Source of the DNA: Oligoflexales bacterium
Lineage (GTDB): Bacteria; Bdellovibrionota_B; Oligoflexia; Oligoflexales; CAIYRB01
DNA: 17,892 bases
Assembly: GCA_041736175.1 (NCBI GenBank)
Contig: JBGSUI010000001.1
Location: 1-17,892, forward strand
Direction of reading: 5' to 3'
Made by a program: the position numbers and the translations under genes
Shown here: one piece after another, positions 1 to 7,566 of the stretch
How positions within the stretch are numbered: the first letter of the stretch is position 1
Layout: every line of letters begins with the position of its first letter
The notes under the pieces: model-generated
Told to the model about the DNA's origin: nothing
The model's input: only the letters and a program-made list of their open reading frames with translations
Database searches by the model: none

Positions 1-274
1 CCTTGCGGTTACCCAGGTAAAGGTCACCTTGGCAATGTTATAAAACCGTTTTAAATGCAAAGAGCACTGGCTTAACCCCTTAAACCTGTTTAACCCTTTG
101 CCGCAGAGCCTGGGACTGGTGAAGCATCCCAAGGTGCCTATGTATTGGTTTCTAACGTAGCTCAAAAAGTATTTCTCCTTTCTAACAGAGCTTTTCTTGC
201 TTAGCCGGGTCAACATAAGAGCTTGTCGGAATCTCTTCCAGCAAGCTCCGCCCCTTTGGGGCGGGGTAGTTGAC
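1..274 (-). ncRNA. omegaRNA / HEARO-type RNA scaffold of an IscB/IsrB (OMEGA) IS200/IS605 element; 3' end may run off the window
   Basis: The minus strand reads GTCAACTACCCCGCCCCAAAGGGGCGGAGCTTG...CAAGCTC...GTTGACCCGGCTAAG...CTACGTT...ATAGGCACCTTGGGATGCTTCACCAGTCCCAGGCTCTGCGG...GGTTAAACAGG...GCCAGTGC...ATAACATTGCCAAGGTGACCTTTACC...CCGCAAGG. This is the characteristic order of conserved HEARO/omegaRNA blocks. Visible pairings: GTCAAC/GTTGAC (209-214 with 269-274), CCGCCCC/GGGGCGG (248-264) and GAGCTTG/CAAGCTC (219-225 with 242-248). Confidence 0.9.
1..274 (-). mobile_element. End of an IS200/IS605-superfamily iscB-type element (partial; effector ORF expected beyond window start)
   Basis: The terminus GTCAACTACCCC plus subterminal hairpin begins at 274 and interrupts the HTH ORF mid-codon (…CGA AGA CTC A|GTCAAC). 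No terminal inverted repeats are expected for this family. iscB itself is not visible. Confidence 0.8.
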
Positions 275-449
275 TGAGTCTTCGTAAGCGGAGACCTTTT
301 TCTGTGGTGAGATCTTCCATTGAGCGGTTCGCCCAATCACTGACAGCCCTTTCCGAAACGCCAAGCATGGCAGCAGCTAATTGGGTCCTTGTGAGTCCTA
401 CCTGTTTTAACAGGGCTTCTATAGATTCTTTGGCTTTAATGGTGTTCAT
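210..449 (-). pseudogene. XRE/Cro-type HTH regulator (possible antitoxin), interrupted by the omegaRNA element at 274/275
   Basis: The HTH pattern is LTRTQLAAAMLGVSERAVSDW. Only about 58 codons (275-449) are host-derived. The tail SQLPRPKGAELAGRDSDKLLC is read-through into the element. Confidence 0.75.
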
Positions 450-485
450 CCTACGCTGTCTTCATAAACAATTTTTTCCGAACTC

Positions 486-714
486 TTAATCAATGACTTT
501 TACCCTAACTACAACATCAATGGCGAGTAGATCGCCGTTATCCGAAAAATCCGCCGTTGTGTAGCCAAAAATCTTCCACCATGAATGTCCATCAATTGGT
601 TTATCTTCGCTGCACTTGGCATTCCAAATAAATTTTGCACATCCTATCCACTGGCTTAAGACACATTTTTTTGTGTACTGTTGGAATTGCTCTGAGTTTA
701 ATTCCCATTAACAT
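486..714 (-). pseudogene. tnpB: tnpB (IS605 OrfB) 5' remnant, frameshifted and truncated, joined to an unrelated 3' segment
   Basis: ATG at 714 has an AGGAG RBS. It reads MLMGIKLRAIPTVHKK and then, after removing one base in the A7 run (666-672), CVLSQWIGCAKFIWNAKCSED. This matches the HTH_OrfB_IS605 pattern (K.R.YPT..Q...L....GC.RF.WN). The frame closes at 486-488 with no full RuvC or zinc finger. Confidence 0.75.
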
Positions 715-740
715 TTTGGCGTGACTCCTACCTGGGTAGT

Positions 741-769
741 AACGTACACAGTGGGATAAAACTAGTCAA
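741..769 (-). promoter_or_regulatory. Putative sigma70 promoter upstream of the tnpB remnant/HTH/omegaRNA
   Basis: TTGACT-N17-TACGTT on the minus strand, followed by AGGAG and ATG(714). Confidence 0.55.
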
Positions 770-788
770 GAGTATGGTTAAAGAAATT

Positions 789-1232
789 TTAATGGGTACC
801 GGAATGATGGACTAGTTCTTGAAAGCATACATAAATACTGGCCTCGACCCCACTTTTGGCTTTATATGCGGAATCATGGTCAGGATGTATTGAGATGAAG
901 ATCATCCACAGATCCCGTCTATAAACCCTTGCTCGCAGCTTTTGAGTTATGCGAATGCTTGCAACCCGTATCCCGGATTTAGTTCTTTGATCAAGAGGCT
1001 CAAAATTAAGTCCTCACTTTTGGCCAGGTGATTTGGACGAAGTTCGGTAAATATCGTCCCAAGTCATTTTCTGAATTTCCTCAATCGTTACCAGCACCCT
1101 TTCCTGGTCCTCGGCGCCGAGCTCCTCAAGTCCGGCCATAAAGCCAGAAAACCCGACATCGACCTGCACCTTTAGATGCTGGGTTGAGGCGGGAGGTACC
1201 TCCCCGTTGGAAGGCTTCTTATTTTTTGTCAC
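789..1232 (-). pseudogene. RelE/ParE-like toxin-type protein with an internal TGA at 1014-1016
   Basis: The 72-aa ORF continues in frame past TGA: KMTWDDIYRTSSKSPGQK*GLNFEPLDQRTKSGIRVASIRITQKLRARVYRRDLWMIFISIHPDHDSAY... to TAA at 789-791. SIRIT..RA....IFISIHPDHD is a RelE/ParE-fold-like C-terminus. Confidence 0.65.
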
Positions 1233-1394
1233 GATTGGCCTTCAGATTTGTCCGCAACTCTCCAAATCCGGTCTTGGGCAAATTTAATTCTATAGTGACT
1301 TGGCGTTAACAAGCCAAGGCCAACAGCGTCATGTTGTGTTTCTAAAGTTTGGCTTGCACAACAAGCGTAAGCTCAGCTATGACTCTCCCTCTCG

Positions 1395-2483
1395 ATGAGA
1401 GTGATGTGTGGTTTACCCGTAAAAGTTAAAGGTGGAATGAGAATGAAGGCACTGCAATTTAAAGACTTTCGTGAAGGTGATGCCTGGCTGGTCCTACGTT
1501 TGGACGCCCAGGTGCAAGACAAATCTGTCGATGTGTACATGACTATGGACCTGCCGAACGGTATGATCCTGGCATTTCAGACAATCGATTCAGACGTGGC
1601 CGAAGAACGGCATGGGAAGAGGCTGCTCGAAGAGTCATTTGCCCGCAAGGGGCAGTGGCCAAAGCGGATCCTCCTCGCAAAGGGCGACCCAGTCGAGAGC
1701 GTGCTACGAACTCATGCTGCGCCATATAACGTGCAGATTGAGTGCGTTCCCCAGTCGCAGCTCGAAGAGTTGATTGCCCCTGTGAAAAAATCCTATGGCC
1801 AGCGCGCCTTTTCGCCTTCATCGATACCTTACGCGTTAGGTGATGAGTTCGACGAAATGGACCAAGAATGTGCCAAGCAGTTGATTCCAGACACCTACGA
1901 TCCCTGCTGGTGCGCTTCCGGAAAAAAGTTCAAGTTCTGCTGCAAACCTATCTTTAAAGACATTGTCTGCGCCATGGCCTACGCAGAGGAAGGTCGCAAA
2001 GACGAGGCTCTAAAGCACATTGCCGAGGCAAAGAGAATTGTCGGCGAGACAGCAGAAGTCCTTTGCCGCGAGGCCACCGTTTGGGCACGCTTCGACAAGG
2101 TCACGTCAGCCGCTATCCTCGAACGCGCCCTTACCGTAAACCCGGCCCACCCTCGCGCTAATTATATTCGCGGCATCGATCTCAAAACAAAAGGGGATTT
2201 TGCCGGAGCCATCGAGGCGTACAGCCGGGCCATTGCCAGCTACCCAAAAACCGATCGCTACCATCTCAACGAAACATACAACAATCTGGGTAATGCCTAC
2301 TTTGAATCCGGTGAGCCCCTAAAGGCGAAGGCGGCCTGGGAGCACGCTCTGATCCTCATGCCGTCCGACAAGATCGTCAGGCGTAACTTAATCGAGTGTG
2401 TTTACGAGAATCCGACGTTATCAGCTGCGGAGCGTGCGATAAGTCCATTTGTTGAAAAGTTTTTCAACAAGAAGTTTGTTTAA
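1395..2483 (+). CDS. SEC-C zinc-motif + tetratricopeptide repeat protein with an RNase H/integrase-core-like N-terminal domain (start probably 1437 or 1443)
   Basis: SEC-C motif YDPCWCASGKKFKFCC. TPRs include ANYIRGIDLKTKGDFAGAIEAYSRAI and TYNNLGNAYFESGEPLKAKAAWEHALILMP. AAAGGTGGA precedes ATG 1437. Confidence 0.85.
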   Translation: MRVMCGLPVKVKGGMRMKALQFKDFREGDAWLVLRLDAQVQDKSVDVYMTMDLPNGMILAFQTIDSDVAEERHGKRLLEESFARKGQWPKRILLAKGDPVESVLRTHAAPYNVQIECVPQSQLEELIAPVKKSYGQRAFSPSSIPYALGDEFDEMDQECAKQLIPDTYDPCWCASGKKFKFCCKPIFKDIVCAMAYAEEGRKDEALKHIAEAKRIVGETAEVLCREATVWARFDKVTSAAILERALTVNPAHPRANYIRGIDLKTKGDFAGAIEAYSRAIASYPKTDRYHLNETYNNLGNAYFESGEPLKAKAAWEHALILMPSDKIVRRNLIECVYENPTLSAAERAISPFVEKFFNKKFV

Positions 2484-2521
2484 CGAGTACTGCTAATCTA
2501 TCGTGGAAGAGGGGATGACTC

Positions 2522-3982
2522 ATGGCCTATGTGCGACAACGCGGAAATCAATTGGCAATCGTTCACGGTGAGCGGGACCAAGACGGCAAGGTGCAGCAAC
2601 AGGTGCTGTTCACGGTCTTTTCCAAAGCCGAAGCTTTAAAGATTCTGGAAGGAGCCAACGCCAACGGCGGTCTGTTCCGAAATATGCTCGAAGATAAATT
2701 TCCGAATATCAGGTTCAATTGGGCGGCGATTTACGCAGGTATCAGCGGTGGATTGAATCTGCTACCTGAACTCCATTCCAACCGCGAAACCCGTTTGACT
2801 GCGTCCTTTCGCAAAAACCTCGTCGGGTTTGCCCGTGAACTCATGCTGGCTGATCCACAGAATTTGATCGCGTCGGCGGACCTTATCAAAGAGCACGAGC
2901 ACGAACTCCAGTATTTAAAGGAGCTCCTAGAATTTCGCCTTAGGTTTAAGGATACCAAAGAGACCGAGTACAACCGTGATAATCCCTTCTACTGGCGATT
3001 TTTCTTCCAGGGCACTGATGCGCCACCGGGTGAAGAAGAAAAGGCCGAAGCCCTTTACTACCGAGGTGAGTACGACAAAGCCGCGACCATCTTTCGCATG
3101 CTCCTTGAATGTTTTGAAGACTATGCAGATGGTCATAATTACCTTGGTCTCATCGCGCTCGCGCAGAACCGCTTGGACGAAGCGATGCTCCACTTTCAAA
3201 AGACTATGGAAATCGGCCGTCGCAAATTTCCAAAAAAGATCGCCAAAAAGCGCTATTGGCGGGACCATGCAACCCGGCCCTATATGCGCGGGATGAGAAA
3301 TTCAATCATTACACTTTGCCGTAGCGGCAAGCCGAGCGAAGCCTTAGCTTGGTGTGACCGCCTCGAAAACGAATGCGGCGATGAGATGGGCGCTGCCTGC
3401 TTACGGGTCTCCCCTTACATTGAACTCGGACGCTGGGAGGAGGCTCTTGGTGCCGCATGTCATGTTCGTGAGATCCACCCGATTAATCACTTGATGGCAG
3501 CCATTTCCCTCTTTGAACTTGGACAACCGCTGGAAGCGATGACAGCTTTTGTCCGCGGCGCAATGCATCATCCAAGGACTGCGCGTATGCTTTTGGGCAT
3601 TCCTATTGCCAAACAGTTACAAGTACGCTGCTCGACGCAAGTCAAGGACCATAATGCCGGTGTGGGTTTGATTCGCTCTTTGCCGACGTTTTTAAAAGGA
3701 AAGGCACGTGGTTCACGCCGCTTCTTTGCGGACGTCCTACGCCTCCCTGCGATGGAGTGTCTATTGCGAGAGATTGAAGATGCCGTCGAAGCCATGGGTG
3801 AGGCCAAGGACGACGGCTATAGGGCAGCGTTTAACCGAGTGACGATGATGCAAAGCGAAGCTTTTGCTTGCAAAAAGGCACCGCAGATCCTGTCACTTGC
3901 GACAACGGCAACAGCTGGGGCTGGGGGGCAAAGATTTCCCAGCCTTCCCTTGACCGAAAGCTGCGGTGACGCCGATAGCTAA
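2522..3982 (+). CDS. Tetratricopeptide repeat protein with a basic beta-rich N-terminal domain
   Basis: 486-aa ORF with a GAGGGG RBS. TPRs include AEALYYRGEYDKAATIFRMLLE and ADGHNYLGLIALAQNRLDEAMLHFQKTME. It starts 38 bp after the SEC-C gene. Confidence 0.85.
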   Translation: MAYVRQRGNQLAIVHGERDQDGKVQQQVLFTVFSKAEALKILEGANANGGLFRNMLEDKFPNIRFNWAAIYAGISGGLNLLPELHSNRETRLTASFRKNLVGFARELMLADPQNLIASADLIKEHEHELQYLKELLEFRLRFKDTKETEYNRDNPFYWRFFFQGTDAPPGEEEKAEALYYRGEYDKAATIFRMLLECFEDYADGHNYLGLIALAQNRLDEAMLHFQKTMEIGRRKFPKKIAKKRYWRDHATRPYMRGMRNSIITLCRSGKPSEALAWCDRLENECGDEMGAACLRVSPYIELGRWEEALGAACHVREIHPINHLMAAISLFELGQPLEAMTAFVRGAMHHPRTARMLLGIPIAKQLQVRCSTQVKDHNAGVGLIRSLPTFLKGKARGSRRFFADVLRLPAMECLLREIEDAVEAMGEAKDDGYRAAFNRVTMMQSEAFACKKAPQILSLATTATAGAGGQRFPSLPLTESCGDADS

Positions 3983-4228
3983 TTGATAGATTTCCTGCAT
4001 CGTCGGTACCGCCAAGCCTATCCGGCTCGTTCAGCCAAATCGCTAACGAAGATTTTGGCAAAGTAAAAATTTTTGAGTGGGACGAGACGCTCGCGACGCT
4101 CAATCTGCTCTAAGGGAGACCATACTGAAGCCGGAAAGCTATATTACTCTAGTAAAGACACCTTCTTGCTCAAAGCTGTCGACCAGATCACGGACCTGAC
4201 CAAGTTAAATCTCGAAGTCCAAGCGAAA

Positions 4229-6307
4229 TTAATGAAACCACCAAGGGATTTCAAGATTTGTGGGGTGCACCGCAGGGGTATCCTCTAAATCATTAGTGTT
4301 TACTATTTGGTCAGCCAGTTTTACCAGAGGCACTCTAGGCCAGGCCTGATCTGCAGCCATCAGCCCATACAAATAGTAGATCCCTTTTGTGAGGCGGCAT
4401 TCCTCGGCCAAAGGGGTTTTTTCAGTTTGCTCCCTTTGCTCCACTTGCTCCATTTCCAAGCAGACTTCCAGACTGACGTCCGAGACGTTGACTTCCAACC
4501 CGTAGCGCATAAGTCTTCCACCGTCGACCATACCCAGACGCTGGTAAGGGGTCTCTTGTAAATCATAGAGAGCATGTCCTAAAAAATGGTTTGGTTGGTT
4601 TTTGATCCCTAAAATCTGGGCCACCGTGGGCGCATAGTCGAGGGACGTCATTGGAAGCGAGATTCTGGTGCCTTGTTTGGATCCTGGCATTTTGATGATC
4701 AAAGGGATGCGATCAAACGGAATTTTAAGATAATCACTGCCTGCTAGCGCGCCAAATTCAACGCTAGGGGGATGGGCGTGGTCTGCTGTGAGGATGATGA
4801 TCGTATTGTTGGCAAACTCTGATTGTTGGAACCACTCCATAAAGATCCCAAATTGGGTATCGAAATTATGAAAGGTGTTAAGGGTACGATTTTTACCATC
4901 TCTGTAGACTTTGCCTTTTGCCGTGACATCCATTCCAGCATGGGTTTCTATGGTCGATATAGCCATATAAAAGGGAGGCAAAGTTTGGTTTAAGTCCCCC
5001 TTGTCATGGGTAAGCTGCCTTTGTCTTTCCATAAGTAGCCCCTTGAGGGCGCCAAACATCTGCCGATCTGAGTTTCCATAGGCTCCTTGTTCGGGAGTCT
5101 CTCCTAAGTATTTTTGCGAGAGTTCTTCGTAAAACAGTGGATTTTGGATCCCAAAATCAAGCATCTGCTCTCTAAAAAAAGTTTCGCGGGGATGGGAATA
5201 TCCCAGATAGTAAGTCTCGTAGCCTTCTTGATTGAGAAGCTGGGGCAGACAAAAAAGCATAGGCAAGCTCAATTTCGATTTGGCTTTGGCCCAGTCCGTA
5301 TGGGAAAAATTAGGGAAAATTGAACACAGGGTGCCCGTAAGAGCTGGGATGGTGGGGAAGGCATGGTTGATATATCCATCCACCACTAAAGACTCCTCCC
5401 CAAAGCGGTCGATATGGGGTGTGAGCTGGTTGTAGGTGCCCCCATAGACTCCCATGAGACGCGCGGAAAGGCTTTCTGCAAAAATAGTGATCACATTGTA
5501 GCTGTGACGCTCGGGGAGTTGGATGCGGTAGATTTCGGGTTTTATAAGCGGAAAGGAACTCGAATCTTGAAAGGACCCCGAATCCCCAGGGAAGGGAAGA
5601 CCGTAAGCTTTTAAAGTCTCCAGGTCATCTTTGTTAAGGACGATAGACTGAGTCCGTGGGGACCGGATTGATTCGCCGCGAAAATACCGATCTAAAGTCT
5701 GAATAAAAGCCTCTGTCGGTGGAGATTTTTGGGCCGGAAACTCCCATTTAAGGTCGCGCATGATTCTAAGGTGATAACTTTGCATCACTACCAAACCGAA
5801 AATCCCTATAAACAGCGACTGGAGCCCCACAGACTTAAGGGGCCGACGTCCAAGATGGGGAAGGTCCCTTTTAATGAGCCAAAAAAGGGAAACAACAAAC
5901 CACGGCAAACCCACAGTGAGCAAAGCGGATCCCAAGACAAATGGAGTCAACAAAAGCCCCACCTGAGAAGACACCTGAAGTGCGTCCAAGGTTACAAAGT
6001 CATTGGAAAAATACAGAGCCATAAATTGTATATAAAGACAGGTCAGATGGAACCCAAAAAGCAGCGACGCTAAACCCCTCGTCACAAGATGCTTGCCCAT
6101 CAAAAGATTGATAAAAAAAAGGGACAAAACAACTTCGAGGAGGGTAAAGTGAAAGGCAAAGGGGCCGGTAAAAACCCTTGTCCATATGGACTGGTCTCGG
6201 TAGAGAGTGGCAAACTGAAAAGCTGTTACTATTATCGCTGCCACCATGGGCGGCAAAAAAAACCAACCCAACCACCTCCAAAAATCTTGATGCGGTGACT
6301 TTTTCAT
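4229..6307 (-). CDS. LTA synthase (LtaS)/sulfatase-like membrane-anchored hydrolase/transferase
   Basis: About 5 N-terminal TM segments. Alkaline-phosphatase-superfamily motifs: IFAESL, Thr nucleophile (AFPTIPA), ETHAG, ILTADHAH, IPLIIK and SLDYAPTV. The start at MKKSPHQ (6307) is preferred; the ORF extends to 6385. Confidence 0.85.
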   Translation of the reverse strand: MKKSPHQDFWRWLGWFFLPPMVAAIIVTAFQFATLYRDQSIWTRVFTGPFAFHFTLLEVVLSLFFINLLMGKHLVTRGLASLLFGFHLTCLYIQFMALYFSNDFVTLDALQVSSQVGLLLTPFVLGSALLTVGLPWFVVSLFWLIKRDLPHLGRRPLKSVGLQSLFIGIFGLVVMQSYHLRIMRDLKWEFPAQKSPPTEAFIQTLDRYFRGESIRSPRTQSIVLNKDDLETLKAYGLPFPGDSGSFQDSSSFPLIKPEIYRIQLPERHSYNVITIFAESLSARLMGVYGGTYNQLTPHIDRFGEESLVVDGYINHAFPTIPALTGTLCSIFPNFSHTDWAKAKSKLSLPMLFCLPQLLNQEGYETYYLGYSHPRETFFREQMLDFGIQNPLFYEELSQKYLGETPEQGAYGNSDRQMFGALKGLLMERQRQLTHDKGDLNQTLPPFYMAISTIETHAGMDVTAKGKVYRDGKNRTLNTFHNFDTQFGIFMEWFQQSEFANNTIIILTADHAHPPSVEFGALAGSDYLKIPFDRIPLIIKMPGSKQGTRISLPMTSLDYAPTVAQILGIKNQPNHFLGHALYDLQETPYQRLGMVDGGRLMRYGLEVNVSDVSLEVCLEMEQVEQREQTEKTPLAEECRLTKGIYYLYGLMAADQAWPRVPLVKLADQIVNTNDLEDTPAVHPTNLEIPWWFH

Positions 6308-6571
6308 CACTTGGATACCTCCCTCCGGAAACATGCATTTCCATAGGAGGCTGCAAAAACCGTGCGTGATGGTCGGAGATTGCAAATGGGGAAAAGACTA
6401 TTTTTTCCAATAGACTACAAATATTTCGTGAGTCACAGAATCGACTATGGTTTAGCCACGAGTCCAATCTTTTCTCCTAGGTCCTTGGCGGCGGCGCTGC
6501 TGCCCCCTCGGGCGGTGGTTGTGATATGCTAAAACCAGGTACATGTAAACAGTCACTTTTGCGAGGCTCCA

Positions 6572-7498
6572 ATGAAAAAACTAGTGGTGCTTTCACTCCT
6601 TCTTTTTAGCTGTTCTCTCTATGGTAAGACACCGGGACCAGTGCAGTTTGGGATTGGCACACACCACTGGATACAGCACGGTGTGATAGAAACAACACGC
6701 GCACTCGATTTGGCAATCCAGGGTCAAGGATTTTTTGTCCTCAAGGGTTCGAATGGATCAACGTATATCACTAGAGATGGTAGCTTTTCCCTAGATGCAG
6801 AGGGCTATATTGTTTATCGGAACACAGATCTCCGCCTGATGTCTACAAAACTAAGCCCCATACAGATCTCCGCTTTTGTAGAAAAGGAAAACGGGATTTA
6901 TATTAAAACATACAAGTTTAGTAGCGATGGCAAGATAACTATACTTTACAAGGACGGAACCCAAGTTACATCGACAGATCAAGTCGGCATTGCATTGGTT
7001 CAAAATTACGACACACTTGCTCGGTTTAGCGAACATTTGTTTTTAGTAAATAGTGATATATACGTTCGTGGCCCTGGTGATGAGACTCGCGGCGACCTTT
7101 ATCAAAATGCCCTCGAAGAGTTAGACGCTCACGCTTACTTTCTGTTTGAAAACAACCGAGATATAGCTTCAGATTTAGTGAAAAATGGGATTGAAATCGA
7201 AGCTTTTGTGACCCACCAGAGCGGTCCAATGGAGCTGGTGTCGCGACGAGTCAGAATCGTTGACGTAAAGGACCAGTGGTGGCAACTCTCGGCGGATGAT
7301 CGATTAATTTGGTATGGTAAGATCAAAGTCGAAGGCGAGAGCGTCCTCATCAGTTCTTTGGTTGGTCTGGCAGATTTTTCCTGTAAACCAGTGTACACAA
7401 CGATCGCCACTAAATTGAACGGGTTAGCCGAACTTAAAATAAACGACAAGAAATGTAGTGTATCAATGAAGATAAGCGTCAAGCGCCCTGTCAACTAG
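6572..7498 (+). CDS. Secreted protein containing a flagellar hook/rod (FlgE/FlgF/FlgG) D1-like domain
   Basis: Signal peptide MKKLVVLSLLLFSCSLYG and GAGG RBS. Rod/hook motifs ALDLAIQGQGFFVL, TYITRDGSFSLDAEGYIV and GDLYQNALEE. Confidence 0.8.
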   Translation: MKKLVVLSLLLFSCSLYGKTPGPVQFGIGTHHWIQHGVIETTRALDLAIQGQGFFVLKGSNGSTYITRDGSFSLDAEGYIVYRNTDLRLMSTKLSPIQISAFVEKENGIYIKTYKFSSDGKITILYKDGTQVTSTDQVGIALVQNYDTLARFSEHLFLVNSDIYVRGPGDETRGDLYQNALEELDAHAYFLFENNRDIASDLVKNGIEIEAFVTHQSGPMELVSRRVRIVDVKDQWWQLSADDRLIWYGKIKVEGESVLISSLVGLADFSCKPVYTTIATKLNGLAELKINDKKCSVSMKISVKRPVN

Positions 7499-7566
7499 TG
7501 ATTGGTAAATTTCTTAACAACGCCATAATGTTCGTATTTTGAAATTTTCCATAGCGGTCCTTTTCA

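Noticed and set aside
209..274. GC-rich hairpin as rho-independent terminator or CRISPR repeat
   Set aside because: There is no U-tract and no repeat-spacer periodicity. It is explained as the omegaRNA/IS end structure.
182..364. 60-aa minus-strand ORF (and + ORF 304-489)
   Set aside because: These are alternative frames across the HTH gene and omegaRNA with no protein-like features.
728..739. TACCTGGGTA also occurs inverted at 10-19
   Set aside because: It is only 10 bp and quasi-palindromic, and the other copy is inside the omegaRNA. There is no support for terminal inverted repeats.
1014..1016. Selenocysteine or alternative genetic code at the TGA
   Set aside because: It is not a redox-motif context, and TGA serves as a normal stop elsewhere in the window.
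1229..1300. Possible antitoxin 3' remnant overlapping the toxin start (GTGA)
   Set aside because: Too short and without a start codon or recognisable motif to support a call.
6572..7498. Annotating as bona fide flgG/flgE
   Set aside because: It lacks the N- and C-terminal D0 motifs, has a signal peptide and has no flagellar operon context.
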